This document shows, piece by piece, positions 13,043 to 25,752 of a stretch of 57,926 nt of DNA. The DNA is from a virus. Below the pieces are notes generated by a model. That model searched no databases, was not told the origin of the DNA, and worked only from the letters and a program-made list of their open reading frames with translations. A program made the translations under genes and the position numbers. The number at the start of each line of letters is the position of its first letter. Position 1 is the stretch's first letter. The stretch lies in IMG/VR virus record IMGVR_UViG_3300029305_004519, positions 77,541-135,466 of that record; one strand, 5' to 3'.

Positions 13043-14788
13043 ATGGCACTACAAGATTTACTAGACCTTTCTCTTGATCGAAATTAGTAGAAAATTGGAT
13101 TATCCGAAGAACGCGTGAAGGCGCAGATTCCTATCGTGCGCCAGTATGTTGCCTATTGGCGCGAGTACCCTGATATGTTCGTAGAGTTTCTATGTGGACC
13201 TAATCCTGAAAATTTTTCGCTTTTCTTTTATTAGCGCTTGTTTTTACGTGCAGTAATGCGCCATAGATATGCCTATGCAACATTTCCTCGTGCCTATTCA
13301 AAGAGCTTTTTATCTGTCCTAGTATTAATGCTAAGATGTATTCTTTACCCAGGCAGTCATTTATTCGTAACCACAGGCGGAAAAGAACAGGCGGCGGGTA
13401 TTGCTAAAGAAAAATCAGACGAGCTTTGTAAGCTTATACCTGGCTTACGCAATGAGCTCGATATGACAAGAGGAAAAACTAAAACTAGTAAAGATAATAT
13501 TGAATTGATCTTTAAAAATGGTTCAAAATTAGACATTATGGCGGCGCGCCAGTCTTCTCGTGGTAAGCGTGCAACCGGTGGATTGATGGAAGAATGTATA
13601 TTAATTGATCAAACGCTGCTGAATGAAGTGATAATTCCTACAATGAATGTAGACCGAAGATTATCAGACGGCTCCCGAGTAGAAGAAGAAACTGTTAATA
13701 AATCGTAGATTTATGTTACTACTGCGGGGTGGAAGAATAGTTTTGCTTATGAAAAGCTTATAGAGCTTCTTATTCGTCAAATTATCTACCCTGATGAAGC
13801 TATTGTTATGGGTGGAACCTGGCGTATTCCTGTTATGGAAAAGTTGCTTAAAAAAAGTTTTATAGAAGAGCTTAAGCTTGATGGTACTTACAATGACGCG
13901 TCTTTTAGTCGAGAATATGAATCAGAATGGTCTGGAGATGCAGAAAATGCATTTTTCTCTGCGGAGAAATTTGACAAACATCGTTAGTTGCTATAGCCTG
14001 AATATGAGTATTCTGGACGCACGTCTAAAAATGGATATTACGTACTTGGCGTCGACGTAGGTAGATTAAAATGTACTACTGAAGTTTGTGTCTTTAAAGT
14101 CACCCCTTAGGCGCAGGGCGCCGCTCTAAAATCTTTAGTCAATATTTATACTTATGAAGCTGAAGATTTTGAAGCACAAGCCATTAAAATTAAGCGCTTG
14201 TTCTATAAATACAAAGCGCGGGTTATTGCCATTGACGCAAATGGTTTAGGAGTAGGTTTAATCGACTTTATGACGAAAGGACAAGAAGATCCAGAAACTG
14301 GAGAATATCTATCTCCTTTTGGCATAGAAGGCGGAACTTCTGATGAATTTAATGAGCAATATAAAAAGATAAAAGGGCCTGGAGTAGAAGAAAATGCTAT
14401 GTATTTAATTAAGGCTAACGCGCCAATCAATACAGAAGCTCATACTTATGTTCAAACGCAATTAGTTGGTGGAAAAATTAAATTATTAATTGATGAAACA
14501 TAGGCTAAAACAAAATTAATGACCACTAAAATGGGTCAAGAAATGGATGCATCTAAACGAGCAGAATATTTGAAACCTTTTACTTTAACTACCATTTTAC
14601 GAGAATAGCTATTAAATTTGGTAGAAGATAACGAAGGAGTAAATATTATTTTAAAACAATCCTCTCGTAGCATTCCTAAAGATAAATTTTCTGCTTTTGA
14701 GTATGGACTATATTATATTAAACAAGAAGAAGATCGTAGTAGAAAACGTAAAAAGAGAAATATATCTGAGATGATGTTTTTCTCTTAA
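13043..14788 (+). CDS. terL: Terminase large subunit (581 codons; two consecutive TAG near the N-terminus and at least 7 TAG in total)
   Basis: Motifs YVTTAGWKNSFAYEK and ARVIAIDANGLGVGLIDF (RNaseH-like nuclease domain). Frame 2 is continuous to TAA 14786-14788. Confidence 0.8.
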
Positions 14789-14853
14789 CCAAAAATTTAG
14801 GACATTTTTAAATAAATGATATTATTCAATTTTTATATAACAATAGTAAAGGA

Positions 14854-15219
14854 GTGAGAGATATAAAAGCAAGCCGAGGCGAAATTAAAATTTGTGATAT
14901 TTTAACTGAAGCTGGCGTCTCTTTTACTGAAGAATATTCATTTCCAGATCTTGTGGGACATACAAAAACGCCATTGCGTTTTGATTTCGCAATTTTAGAT
15001 GATAATGGAGAAGTTGACTTTTTAGTTGAGTTTAATGGAATACAACATTATCAACCTAAATCTAAATTTGGTGGCGTCGCAGGGTTGCGACAATAGCAGT
15101 ACTATGATATGTTAAAAAGAGAATATTGTAAGAAGCATAATATTCCCTTGGTTATTATTCCTTATTATGACGAAGGAAGAATTAACTACGACTATATTTT
15201 TACAGCTGCGGGATATTGA
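14854..15219 (+). CDS. DUF559/Vsr-like PD-(D/E)xK endonuclease-fold protein (121 codons; GTG start, uncertain), possibly a free-standing homing endonuclease
   Basis: RFDFAILDDNGEVDFLVEFNGIQHY matches the DUF559 core. One in-frame TAG. Ends at TGA 15217-15219. Located between terL and the portal gene. Confidence 0.5.
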
Positions 15220-15261
15220 CAAGATCAAAATTTTTGAATATAATATTTAAAGAAAGAAGAG

Positions 15262-16878
15262 GTGCTTAGCTTGAGTAATAGTAGAATAGAAGAGATTCAT
15301 AGCAAAGGCTTTGATATAAGCACCCCGAAACGTATTCCAACTGAAGGAAACATTATTCCAGAAATGGATTATTCAAAAATAAAAGTAGGAATTAAGCATC
15401 TTGATGATGCAATTATTAATTTAGGTTCCTATAAGAAGCTTAACCCTAGAATGACCAAAGAAAATATTCAACGGGCAATCTCCACTGGAGATGTAGATTT
15501 TATGAGAGAAGCTTCTGAATTTTATTTTAAGGTTAGCGGAATCTATTCAAGATTGTGCAAACACCTAGCTAATTTTTATAGATACGATTGGTTTATTACT
15601 CCTTTTACCCCATCTGATAAAGTCACTCCTGACAAAATCATAGATGGTTTTAATAAGAGCTCGCAGTATATAGATACTTTCGGCGCCAAGGAATACTTTG
15701 GCGAAACGGCACTCAAGGTAATGCGCCAAGGCTGCTATTATGGGTATATTATCCGTGATACAGATACCGCGCAAGTCCAAGAGCTGCCGCCGAAATACTG
15801 CCGCTCTAGATATAGTGTAAAAGGGCGCCCAGCGGTCGAATTTAATATGAAGTTTTTTAATGACTTATATAAAAATGAAGATCAGCGTATTCGTGTTTTA
15901 AAAATGTTTCCAAGAGATTTTCAAAAAGGCTATCTTGCTTTTACAAGAGGCGAGTTATTGCCTGAATTCCCTGGGGATACTGCGGGATGGTATTTACTAG
16001 ACCCAGAGTGTACAATTAAGTTTAATATAAATGGTGAAGATACTCCACCTTTTGTGTCAGTTATTCCTCATATTATTGATTTAGATGCGGCACAAGAGTT
16101 GGATAGAAAAAAGATGGCGCAAAAGCTATTGAAAATTATTATTCAAAAAATGCCATTGGATAAGAATGGCGATTTAATATTTGATGTAGATGAAGCGCAA
16201 GAACTTCACAATAATGCAGTTAGAATGCTTGGAAAAGCAATCGGCATTGATGTATTAACTACTTTTGCAGAAGTAGAAGTTGCAGATATGGCCGATAAAA
16301 ATTCTGTAGCTAGCATCGATGAGTTAGAAAAGGTTGAAAGAACCGTTTATAATGAATCTGGTACTGCATAGAACTTATTTAACACAGATGGTAATATTGC
16401 TCTTGAAAAGAGTATTCTTGATGACGAAGCGAATGTATATAACCTTGTACTTCAATTTTAGTCATTTTTAAATTATCTTATCAAACCTTTCAATAAAAAT
16501 CCAAAAAAGTTGTATTATAAAGTAGAAATACTTCCTACAACAATTTATAATTACAAAGATATGTCAAAATTATATAGAGAGTAGGGCGCGACTGCAGGCT
16601 CAAAGTTACTTGCAAGCGTTGCTCTTGGGCAATCTCAAGCTTCTGTTTTAGCAACAGCAAGATTTGAGAACGATATTTTAGATGTATCTGATCTTTTCCA
16701 ATCAAAACAACAACGAGAAGAAGCTAAAGCAAAATAGCAAACTTCAAATAATGTCAATCCTGCAGGAGCTCAAAAAAAGCAAGAAGAGGTAATTGACAAA
16801 AAAAAGGTTGGAAGACAAGAGAAACCAGATGATCAAAAAAGCGAAAAAACAATTCGTAATCGTGAAGCTATGAATTAA
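15262..16878 (+). CDS. Putative portal protein (538 codons; TAGs cluster in the C-terminal quarter)
   Basis: Position after terL and size. Track ORF 15262..16371 continues in frame through TAG codons to TAA 16876-16878. Confidence 0.5.
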
Positions 16879-16895
16879 GGAGAGGAGAAGTACAA

Positions 16896-18302
16896 ATGCA
16901 TAAATCAGTTGCTACGATAAACTCTCCTGAGTTTATCAACCTACAACCTCTTGATATTAATCCTTTAATGAGCGCATGCGAAATTAAGGTGTTATATGTA
17001 GGGGAAAATCGTAACAGATCCTTTATCACCAAAGAAGTCGCAACAGATATGGCTAAAACCTTACGAGGCGCGCCTATCGTGGGCTACTATAAAGAAGAGA
17101 AAGAAGATTTTAGAGACCACGGGCGCGAAGTGATCATTGATGATGAAGGTATTAAATTTAACTGCAAAACCGTTCCTTATGGTTTTGTTGCTCCAGATGC
17201 AAAAGTATGGTTCAAGGAATTTGAAGATACTAATGATTTTGGAGAAACTATTGTAAGAGAATATCTTATGACTACTGGATATTTGTGGACTGGTCAATTT
17301 GAAGAATGTAAGTCTGCTGTTGAGGGTGATGGCAAGCCGCACTCAATGGAATTAGATGAAGAGTCTTTACAAGGACACTGGGAAACTAATACTCGTGGCA
17401 TGGATTTCTTTATTATAAATGACGCAATTTTTTCAAAACTTTGCATTTTGGGAGATGACATTGAACCTTGTTTTGAAGGTTCTAGTGTTACTGCGCCAAA
17501 TGTTAGTGCGTCTTTCACGAAAGTAGATGATACTTTCAGACAAACATTATTTACCATGATGCAGGAACTTCAAACTGCATTACAAGGAGGTCAGCAAATG
17601 AACAATGATGTTGAGAATGTTGTTGTTGAGGAGCCAGTAATTGAGTTTGGTGCAGAGCCAGTATTTGAGCCTGTTGTCGAACCTAATTTTGAGTCTGCGC
17701 CCGCGGCATCGACAGAATCTTCTTTTGCTGCATCAGAAGAGACTCCAGTAGTGGATAATACCCCTGCTGAGCCTGTTGTTGAAGAGGCGCCGGTCGCTGA
17801 AGGGTCTGCAACCGAGCCTGAAGTTGAAGATCCTCAACCTACTGTTGAGCCAGAAAACGAGCAGGATCAAACGCATAGCGCGGAAGAATTTGCACGTCTT
17901 CAATCTGAGCTTGAAGAGGTAAGAGTTGCCTATTCCAACCTTGAGACTCAGCTTCAAACTCTTCAAACAAATTATGACACTCTTCAATCTGCTCATGCAG
18001 AACTTGTTGAATTTAAAAGACAAAGTGACGATGCAAAGAAAGATGAAATGATTGGCAGATTCTACATGCTTACCGATGAAGATAAGGCAGATGTTTTATC
18101 TAATAAGGCAAACTACACTGTAGAAGAAATTGAAGAAAAACTTTCTGTAATTTGTTTCAGAAAAAAGGTCAATTTTGAATTAGAGGATAACTCTAAAAAT
18201 AATAATAAGATAGAGCAACCAGCTGTGACATTTAATATGTCCAACCTTGGTGCTTCCAAGCCCGATTGGTTAATCGCGGTTGACAATGCAAAAAATAATT
18301 AA
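16896..18302 (+). CDS. Putative scaffolding / prohead protein (468 aa; acidic Pro/Glu-rich linker and a C-terminal coiled coil; no TAG)
   Basis: ORF track entry. GGAGAGGAG Shine-Dalgarno. Position between portal and capsid genes. Confidence 0.45.
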   Translation: MHKSVATINSPEFINLQPLDINPLMSACEIKVLYVGENRNRSFITKEVATDMAKTLRGAPIVGYYKEEKEDFRDHGREVIIDDEGIKFNCKTVPYGFVAPDAKVWFKEFEDTNDFGETIVREYLMTTGYLWTGQFEECKSAVEGDGKPHSMELDEESLQGHWETNTRGMDFFIINDAIFSKLCILGDDIEPCFEGSSVTAPNVSASFTKVDDTFRQTLFTMMQELQTALQGGQQMNNDVENVVVEEPVIEFGAEPVFEPVVEPNFESAPAASTESSFAASEETPVVDNTPAEPVVEEAPVAEGSATEPEVEDPQPTVEPENEQDQTHSAEEFARLQSELEEVRVAYSNLETQLQTLQTNYDTLQSAHAELVEFKRQSDDAKKDEMIGRFYMLTDEDKADVLSNKANYTVEEIEEKLSVICFRKKVNFELEDNSKNNNKIEQPAVTFNMSNLGASKPDWLIAVDNAKNN

Positions 18303-18322
18303 TTTTAAGGAGGACATATAAC

Positions 18323-18847
18323 ATGGCTACTATTAAGCGTATTGGTTTTGGTCAAGTTGAGCCTAACCATCTTTCCGCTCAAAGAAATGGTCAAGTTTAC
18401 GGACAGCTTCCTTGCAATGAGGAAATTAAGGTTCTTGAGAATGGTCAGTTCGTAAAGTATGACTATGCTAATGGCGAAGTAAACTTCACTGGCGCCGGCG
18501 AGTGGATGCTCGTTATGAATGAAGTTAAGTTATATGATGATTTCTGGAGAGAGTCTTATAAGGATTTTGCTCTTCAAGCATCTAATTTTGATAAGGGTGT
18601 AATGACTCCTCGCGTATTAAAGACTATGCCTGGCGATATTTACACAACTAACTGCCTTGAGAAGGGAAATACTTCTGGTAAGGCTGAACTCGTTGGCACT
18701 GAAGAGATTGAGGTTGGCACTGAGCTTAAGATTAATGCTCAAGGTTTCCTTTCTACTGCAGGAACTAGCGATATCGTATTCCAAGTTGTAAAAGTTTACA
18801 CAATGCCTGATGGCCAACAAGGCGTCAAGGTAATGCGTATTAAATAA
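18323..18847 (+). CDS. Putative head protein (174 aa; no TAG)
   Basis: ORF track entry. AAGGAGG Shine-Dalgarno. Confidence 0.4.
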   Translation: MATIKRIGFGQVEPNHLSAQRNGQVYGQLPCNEEIKVLENGQFVKYDYANGEVNFTGAGEWMLVMNEVKLYDDFWRESYKDFALQASNFDKGVMTPRVLKTMPGDIYTTNCLEKGNTSGKAELVGTEEIEVGTELKINAQGFLSTAGTSDIVFQVVKVYTMPDGQQGVKVMRIK

Positions 18848-18865
18848 TAAGGGAGGGAAATAGTA

Positions 18866-19909
18866 ATGGCATTAAGTAGAGAAAGTTTACGCACATTAGC
18901 ATTGCAGGCTGCAAATGCTAATCCTTCTGCTCCCGTTGCTTACTCATTCGAGGGTTAGAACTATAGCTGTGCGGATTTAAATCGCGCAGTATGCAAAGAG
19001 TTAAATGAACTCATGGGCACTTATGCTCTGTGGAGAGAGAATAAAAACACTGTATTTGCTCTGTTAGAGGAAGTTATTTCTGATAAGCTTCCTGCTAAGG
19101 TAATGGCGCAATATGGCGCTTTCGCTGACGTTAATATTTATCGTCAAGGTGAAAAGCCTATTTTCGTTCAAAGAATTACTGAAGCTTCTAAGAGACGTGC
19201 TAAGCAGTTCGTTACTAAGGTAGGACTTGCTGGTCGTTACGAAGTGTTCAAGCTTGATGGTCGTAGCTATGAAGTAACAACTTCTGCTATCGGCGCTGCT
19301 TGTTAGGTTGCTATTGAAGAATTGTTAGATGGTCGCGTTGATATGGCTACTTTGGTAGACATTATCATGGACGCAATGGATGAAAGAATCTATGCTGAGA
19401 TCGCTAGCGCTTTAATTGCTACTGTTGAGACAATTCAAGCTAGCAACAAGGTTGACGCAGATAGCTTTGTTGAATCTGAAATGGATAGATTACTTGCAGT
19501 AGCTGATACTTATGGTAACGGCAACGCAGTGATTTATTGCACTTTTGAGTTTGCTTCTCAAATGCTTCCTGATAATGCTTGGGAGCAAGGCAGAATGTCT
19601 GACGCAATGAAGAATGAATACTGGACTAATGGCCGTCTTGCTAACTACAAGGGCCACCAGGTGATTGTTCTTCGTCAGTCCTTTACTGATGAAACCAACT
19701 CTGTAAAGGTAATTGATCCTTCTTACGCTTGGATTATTCCTGGCGGAGCAGACAAGCCTGTTAAAGTTGCTTTCGAAGGAGAGACCTTAATTAAGGAAGT
19801 AGAAGGCGATGACTGGTCTAAGACTATTCACTTCTACAAGAAGGTTGGCGTAGCGGCTATCGTAAATAATGATATTTGCGTATATCGCAACAAGTCGCTT
19901 ACAGTCTAA
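18866..19909 (+). CDS. Putative major capsid protein (347 codons, 3 TAG)
   Basis: AGGGAGGG Shine-Dalgarno. Track ORFs 19013..19306 and 19322..19909 are in the same frame as ATG 18866. A strong terminator follows. Confidence 0.45.
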
Positions 19910-19930
19910 TTAAATAACTGAACTTTAATG

Positions 19931-19977
19931 AGGGAAGTGAAGAAGGTGGGTCTTCCCTTCCCTCGTATTTTTAATTT
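19931..19977 (+). terminator. Rho-independent terminator after the capsid gene
   Basis: GAGGGAAG...CTTCCCTC stem followed by GTATTTTTAATTTT. Confidence 0.6.
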
Positions 19978-20002
19978 TGGAGATAAAAGGAGATTTATAA
20001 AT

Positions 20003-20587
20003 ATGTTACAAAATACAGATAAAGTTAGAGTCGAAAATAGACAAAACGCAATTGTTTGTTATCGAGTCCCTGATGAAAAGATTACTCGTCACTTTGAAAA
20101 ATATGAGACTAAAGAAATCTCTATGGACGAGTTGCGTAGAGCTGTGCAAGTTGCTGGTACTAGAAGATTAATTCAAGATGATTTAATTATTCATAGTAAA
20201 GAAGCAGTAGATGAATTATTCCCAAGCGCTGAGCCAGAATATTTTTATAATGCAAAAGATGTTGATTTTCTTTTAGAGAGAGGAACTTATGATCAGCTAT
20301 TAGATGCTTTAGATTTTGCGCCAGATGGAGTGATTCAATTAATTAAAGATGAAGCGGTTAGAACTTGTTTGAACGATATGCGTAAAAGAGAAGCTATTTT
20401 AGACAGAACTGGTTTTGATGTAACTAAAGCAATTGAGAATAGACGCTTGGCGCAAACCGAGGAAAAAGAAGAAGTAAAGGTTAGACGTACGGCCCCTATC
20501 ACTGATACGACAACAGAAACTTCTGCCGATGCGCCTGCTAGAAGAACTACCGCTCCTAGATTTAAAGTGAATATTTCTCAATCATAA
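20003..20587 (+). CDS. Hypothetical structural protein (194 aa)
   Basis: AAAGGAG Shine-Dalgarno. Internal Met of track ORF 19928..20587. Confidence 0.45.
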   Translation: MLQNTDKVRVENRQNAIVCYRVPDEKITRHFEKYETKEISMDELRRAVQVAGTRRLIQDDLIIHSKEAVDELFPSAEPEYFYNAKDVDFLLERGTYDQLLDALDFAPDGVIQLIKDEAVRTCLNDMRKREAILDRTGFDVTKAIENRRLAQTEEKEEVKVRRTAPITDTTTETSADAPARRTTAPRFKVNISQS

Positions 20588-20618
20588 TTTTAATATATAA
20601 GTTAAGGGGTGATTTACG

Positions 20619-21653
20619 ATGAATATTATTGTATCATCGCTCAACTCTACAGATGTGCGTCTTACCAATTATGATTCTAATATGGTATATGACATTAACA
20701 CTGTAAAAATATTCATAGCCAAAGACTTGGGCGCGACTCCGTTATCTTTAAATCTTTTTCGACAAAAGAATGAAGATATTGCTTTAATAGTTAACCCCTT
20801 ATACTCTTTAGGTATTATATAGAATACTGCTTTTGATAAGAATAATTATTATGGCTATGTTTTAACTACGGATACATCTATACCTAGCGCAAGCTATTAG
20901 GCTACATTAATTTTTGATGAAGCTGAAGTGGTACTAGAGTCTCCAATCAATTTTGCTAACGATCTAGAAGATGAACACGATCCTTTTGTTATTAATGAGC
21001 GTACTATAACAGTTGGCGAAAAAACCGTGATTATTGCTGAAGATTGTTTATCGTAGCAAATTGAGTTTTTAATTAAAGAAAAGTATGATGGAGTTTCTTT
21101 TTTAGATGACTCTAAACAAATTTATATAGATTATATCCCAGTTGGCTTTCAACCTTTTGTAGATGATTAGGGTAATGAAATTAATTTCTTATCTTCAGAA
21201 ATTAAAGAAAAAGAGCCTATTATAAGAAACGGTGAAAATTGGCTAAATCTTAAATGGAATGTTCCTTATGATTTTTCTAAAACTGCTGGTATTGTAAAAT
21301 TTGCATTAACAGTATTAAATGTTGATGGAATGAGTTATATATGGCAAACGAGTCCTGCTTAGATTACGATTCAACCTAATCTTGGGCGCCGCCCCGTGGT
21401 TCCTGTTTCTTCGACACAAGAGAGTACTTTATTAGCAAAAACTTTGGAAAGAATTAATAATTTAGAAGAATTTGCTACAAATATTGATAATGTTTCATCA
21501 ATTGATGCAGGGAATGGTACTATTACTTATACTACAAGAGATGAGAATGGGGTTGCAGAAGAGACTATTTCAATTATAGATCTTTTTGCAGAAGGTTCGG
21601 ACGAAGCAGAAGTTTTATTTGGCGGCGGTGGCGCGCCGGTTGAGGAGGGATAA
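20619..21653 (+). CDS. Hypothetical structural protein (344 codons, 5 TAG)
   Basis: Track ORFs 20619..20822 and 21396..21653 share a frame. AAGGGGTG Shine-Dalgarno. Confidence 0.5.
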
Positions 21654-21655
21654 AA

Positions 21656-22126
21656 ATGACACAACTATCTGTTATTTATGATTCTTTCTTAGGACAAATT
21701 ACTGATGATATGTATATGGAACTAACAAAAGATGAAACATATAATATGTTGTTTGATCTTTTTGAAAATTCATTACATTGGTTTGAATTTCCTCGTTTCA
21801 ATCTTTACGGATATGATGCAGAAATGCAAGAGTATGAATATGATTTAACACAAGAAGAAGTTAAAATTATTGCTATGTATATGATTGTAGAATGGATTGG
21901 ATAGCAATTAGCGAGTATTGAAGTTACTCGTATGAAATATAGTGGCAGCGATTTTAAATTTACTTCTTAGGCAAATCATATGCATAAACTTAAGGATTTG
22001 CAAAAGGAATATGAAAGAAAGGGATTCCATTTACAGCGTTTATACAAGCGTAGAAAAGCTGATAAAAATGGAATTATGAGATCAACTTTTGGTAGCATTA
22101 TGTCATCTTCTTTTAAGGAGGATTAA
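21656..22126 (+). CDS. Hypothetical protein (156 codons, 2 TAG)
   Basis: GGAGG Shine-Dalgarno. Ends at TAA 22124-22126. Confidence 0.45.
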
Positions 22127-22128
22127 AT

Positions 22129-22443
22129 ATGTTATTAAAGTATGATTTTGATATTGATAAAGATGCTATTGTGACTAATTTAAAAAGAGTTACAAATTAG
22201 ATCTATAAATTATTACCTATCAGAGAAGAAGGCGCCGATTGGCAAAAACCTTTAACCACCATCCTCGAAGAGCTATCTGGCGCCGATAGGTTGTTTATAT
22301 AGTCACAGCCTTTAATGTATAAATTGATTTGTAAATTAGAGGGATTATTCTCTTTAACTGGCGCAAATGACTTTATGACTTATAGAGGTGTGATCTTTGA
22401 ATGCTTAGGGATTATAGGAGAGTTGTCTAAATGTCTGGATTGA
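22129..22443 (+). CDS. Hypothetical protein (104 codons, 2 TAG)
   Basis: AAGGAGG Shine-Dalgarno. Its TGA overlaps the next gene. Confidence 0.45.
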
Positions 22444-23435
22444 CGAACCTTCAAAAGCGTTTAAATTATCGCGGCGGCGCAAGATAGATAGATAGAATGA
22501 TTGAGGATAAACAAAGAAGCTTGAATAAGGCTTTGTTATATGCTTATTAGTCTGCTACGGCTGTGCTAAGGGATGGGCGCGAATTTAGATGCTTGATTAA
22601 TCCAAATAAAATCTCTATGGAATTAGATGATAAAGTTTTATCGATTCCCTTTAGAGATGTTTGTTTAAATAAAGACAAGCCAGAAGAAACCACTACATCA
22701 GATGGAAAAGAAGATATCGGTGTAAAATGTGGAGATATTATTCAATGGAAAGAGAATTCTACCTATTGGATAGTGTATTCGCAGTATTTGCAAGAAACTG
22801 CCTATTTTAGAGGACAAATGCGCCAATGTGAGCCAGAGGCTATAACAATTGGCGATCAGCAGTTTTGGTATTATCTTAAGGGCCCTGATGAAAAGGGAAT
22901 CGATTGGCAAAAAACTAAGCATTTTGTTTTTAATGAATTGAATTATTCAATAGAAATTTATATTTCTAAAACAATAGAAACAGAATAGTTCTTTCACAGA
23001 TTTAAAAAATGTAAAATTCATGGAAAACCTTTTGAAGTACAAGCAGTTGATAATTTATCAATTGATGGTATTTTAATAGTGTACTTAAAAGAAGATTATA
23101 GCAATCAATGGACAGAAGAAGAACCTGAAGAGGTATTACCTTCTGAGGAAGAGAATGAAGGTGCGCAAACTTTTGCTTTATTCCGCAGGTAGGCTAGCCC
23201 GGCGCATATTGAAGGACCAAATACAGTATATCCGTATGATAAGATATCCTATACAATACATAATGCCATTGGTGGCAAATGGTATTTAAGCAATAGGCGC
23301 GCAAAGATTCTAGATTGCAATGATTCTTCTGTTAAAATAGAAATTACTACAGGCAAAAGCGGCAATGTAGATTTAATATATAGAATAGAGAATAGTGAAG
23401 ATGTGATTTATCATATTGAAATACTTTCTCTTTGA
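22431..23435 (+). CDS. Hypothetical protein (334 codons; one run of three consecutive TAG)
   Basis: Frame 0 is continuous from ATG 22431 through track ORF 22563..22988 to TGA 23433-23435. Confidence 0.45.
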
Positions 23436-23455
23436 GATAAAAGGAGTGTTAGATT

Positions 23456-24025
23456 ATGCAAAGAAATATTGTGACTAACGAAATCCCAGTTTCATCTTTT
23501 TTATCTTGCGAAAAAGATACGGAAATTATTTTGCGTAAATTATTTATATCAAGCCAACCATATAGCGATATTTTAAAACGATTATTGGTTATTCAAGCAA
23601 AAGATTGTTTGGATAAAAAATACGATGTGTCTGAGTACACTTTAAAGCGTCTTGTAGATGAGTAGTATATTATTATGGGGCCTAAATTAATTATCCCTGA
23701 GCACGAACAAGTAAAAGCTTATTTAGGAATTCATTTTGATAACTTTTCTCCAACTTCTAATCCAGAGTTTCGAGATTGTATGATTTATTTTACTATTATG
23801 ACGCATGACGATTTTGATAATTTGGGTAATTATAGAAGACGCCCTTTTAAAATTATTGGCTATATAGATGGTTTATTAAATAAAACAAGGTTAACTGGAA
23901 TTGGTTAGCTTGAATTTATGGGCTGTTCAAGTAAATCTGCTGGCCCAGGGTGGACTGTGCACGCTTTAACTTACAGGGCAGTGCATGGCACTGGAGAAGA
24001 CGAAGAGAAAATGTCTAATGAATGA
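23456..24025 (+). CDS. Hypothetical protein (189 codons, 2 TAG)
   Basis: AAAAGGAG Shine-Dalgarno. Track ORFs 23456..23665 and 23675..23908 are in frame. Confidence 0.45.
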
Positions 24026-24773
24026 TTTATTACTTCTCTCCGGGGCAAATATTCCTTTTATTGAGGGCACAGTAACGATTCATTAGCCTACAATATATGA
24101 AATCTCTTTAATTGGTGAAGAAAAATTATTCACAGGATGTGAATTACTGAAATTTTCAAAAGACATATTAAATTCTGAGGACAAAAATAGATTAGCCAAT
24201 TATAATGATTTTAATATATTAATGTCAATTATGAATGATAATAGTGGATCAATGATATTTAATATATCTTGTGCCAAATAGGTGTTAGATTTAATCTTCC
24301 CTTTGTATACTGTAGTTATTGCACCAACAGCTATTTTACTCTTGGATTGCAATGATCAAACTAAATTATGTGGCTAGATTAATGAAAAAAATTTTGCTGC
24401 ATTTAAGAATGTTATTATTTAGGTGTTTTGTTTAAAGAAAGCTTCTGCAACGCCTGAATATAATGTTCAATCAGAATTAGCGAAACAAATTGCTGATAAG
24501 TTTAAGAAAAGACAACAATAGCTTGCCGCATAGTCTTCAAATTCTAAGCGAGTCGCAATTTTTAGTAGATATATTTCGATATTAACAGTAGGCGAAAATA
24601 AAGATATGAATTCTTTTATGTAGTACACTGTTTATCAATTATTTGACGAGTTCTAGCGATATTAGTTAAAAGTAGGTCATGATACCTATATAAAAGCTAA
24701 ACTTGCTGGAGCAACAGACTTAGAAGAACCGGCAGATTGGATGAAAGATATCCATGATGCTAGTTCTAATTAA
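24018..24773 (+). CDS. Hypothetical protein (251 codons, about 13 TAG)
   Basis: ATGAATGA overlap with the upstream stop. Frame 0 is open to TAA 24771-24773 apart from TAG. Confidence 0.4.
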
Positions 24774-24802
24774 TTAAAAAAATTTTAAGGAGGATAAGTC
24801 CT

Positions 24803-25690
24803 ATGAAATTCGGTGTTCGTGAAATATGTAATGTTGTTTTTAAAGCAAAAGCAACAACTAAGATCGGTACAACTACTTTCCAAAAGGGCCAACCTGTTCT
24901 CTACATCGATACAGCAAAAACTTCTACTCTTGAAGGTAGTGCTACAACCGTATATGCAACTGGTGGACGTGGAAATGCAAGATTAATTGCTTGGGAAGGT
25001 GAAAAGACTTTAACCTTTACTGTTGAAGATGCAGTTCTTTCTCCGGTTGGTTTTGCTATTCTTTCTGGCGCAGGATTAATTGGTGGAGATACTGGAGCTG
25101 CTGGTAATGTGCATGTTCATGCTACATCTACTGCTCAAGCTATCGATGGAGCAATTGATTTAAGCCACGCTCTTGTTGGAGATGAAACTATTTGTGAAAC
25201 AGCTCCTATTTATGTACTTCCTATGGTGGATGATGATTTTGCTGGCGCGCCTGTTGCTGGTACTCTTGGCGAAGATGGTAAAATTACAGCAGAAGTAGAA
25301 GATGGAACTGTATTTGTTGACTTCTATGTCACAAAAGCTGCTGCAGATGTTTCTGAGCTTCAAATTGATGCAGAAAACTTCGCAGGTTATTACTATGTTG
25401 AAGCAGACTGCTTATTTAGACGTAAGTCAGATGGCGTAGATATGCCTGCTGAATTAACTCTTCCTAAAGTTAAGATCCAATCTAACTTTACGTTTAATAT
25501 GGCTGCTACTGGCGATCCTTCAACATTTACTTTCACAATGGACGCAATGCCTGATTATACGCTCTTTAACAAAAAGCGTAAGGTGCTTTGTGCAGTTCAA
25601 ATTGTTGATGATGCTATTACAAGCAATGCAACAATGCAATCTGTATTCCCTTGTGATGAAGATGGTCATAACGCAATTGACTTTGAATAA
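24803..25690 (+). CDS. Putative major tail protein (295 aa; no TAG; strong AAGGAGG Shine-Dalgarno)
   Basis: ORF track entry. Size, expression signals and position upstream of the chaperone-like genes and the tape measure. Confidence 0.5.
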   Translation: MKFGVREICNVVFKAKATTKIGTTTFQKGQPVLYIDTAKTSTLEGSATTVYATGGRGNARLIAWEGEKTLTFTVEDAVLSPVGFAILSGAGLIGGDTGAAGNVHVHATSTAQAIDGAIDLSHALVGDETICETAPIYVLPMVDDDFAGAPVAGTLGEDGKITAEVEDGTVFVDFYVTKAAADVSELQIDAENFAGYYYVEADCLFRRKSDGVDMPAELTLPKVKIQSNFTFNMAATGDPSTFTFTMDAMPDYTLFNKKRKVLCAVQIVDDAITSNATMQSVFPCDEDGHNAIDFE

Positions 25691-25706
25691 TTTCATAGTA
25701 TTGGAG

Positions 25707-25731
25707 GAAGGTGGCGCAAAGCGCCACCTTC
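25707..25731 (+). terminator. Strong stem-loop or terminator after the major tail gene
   Basis: GAAGGTGGCGC-aaa-GCGCCACCTTC. Confidence 0.45.
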
Positions 25732-25752
25732 TTGCATAATAAGGAGTAATTT

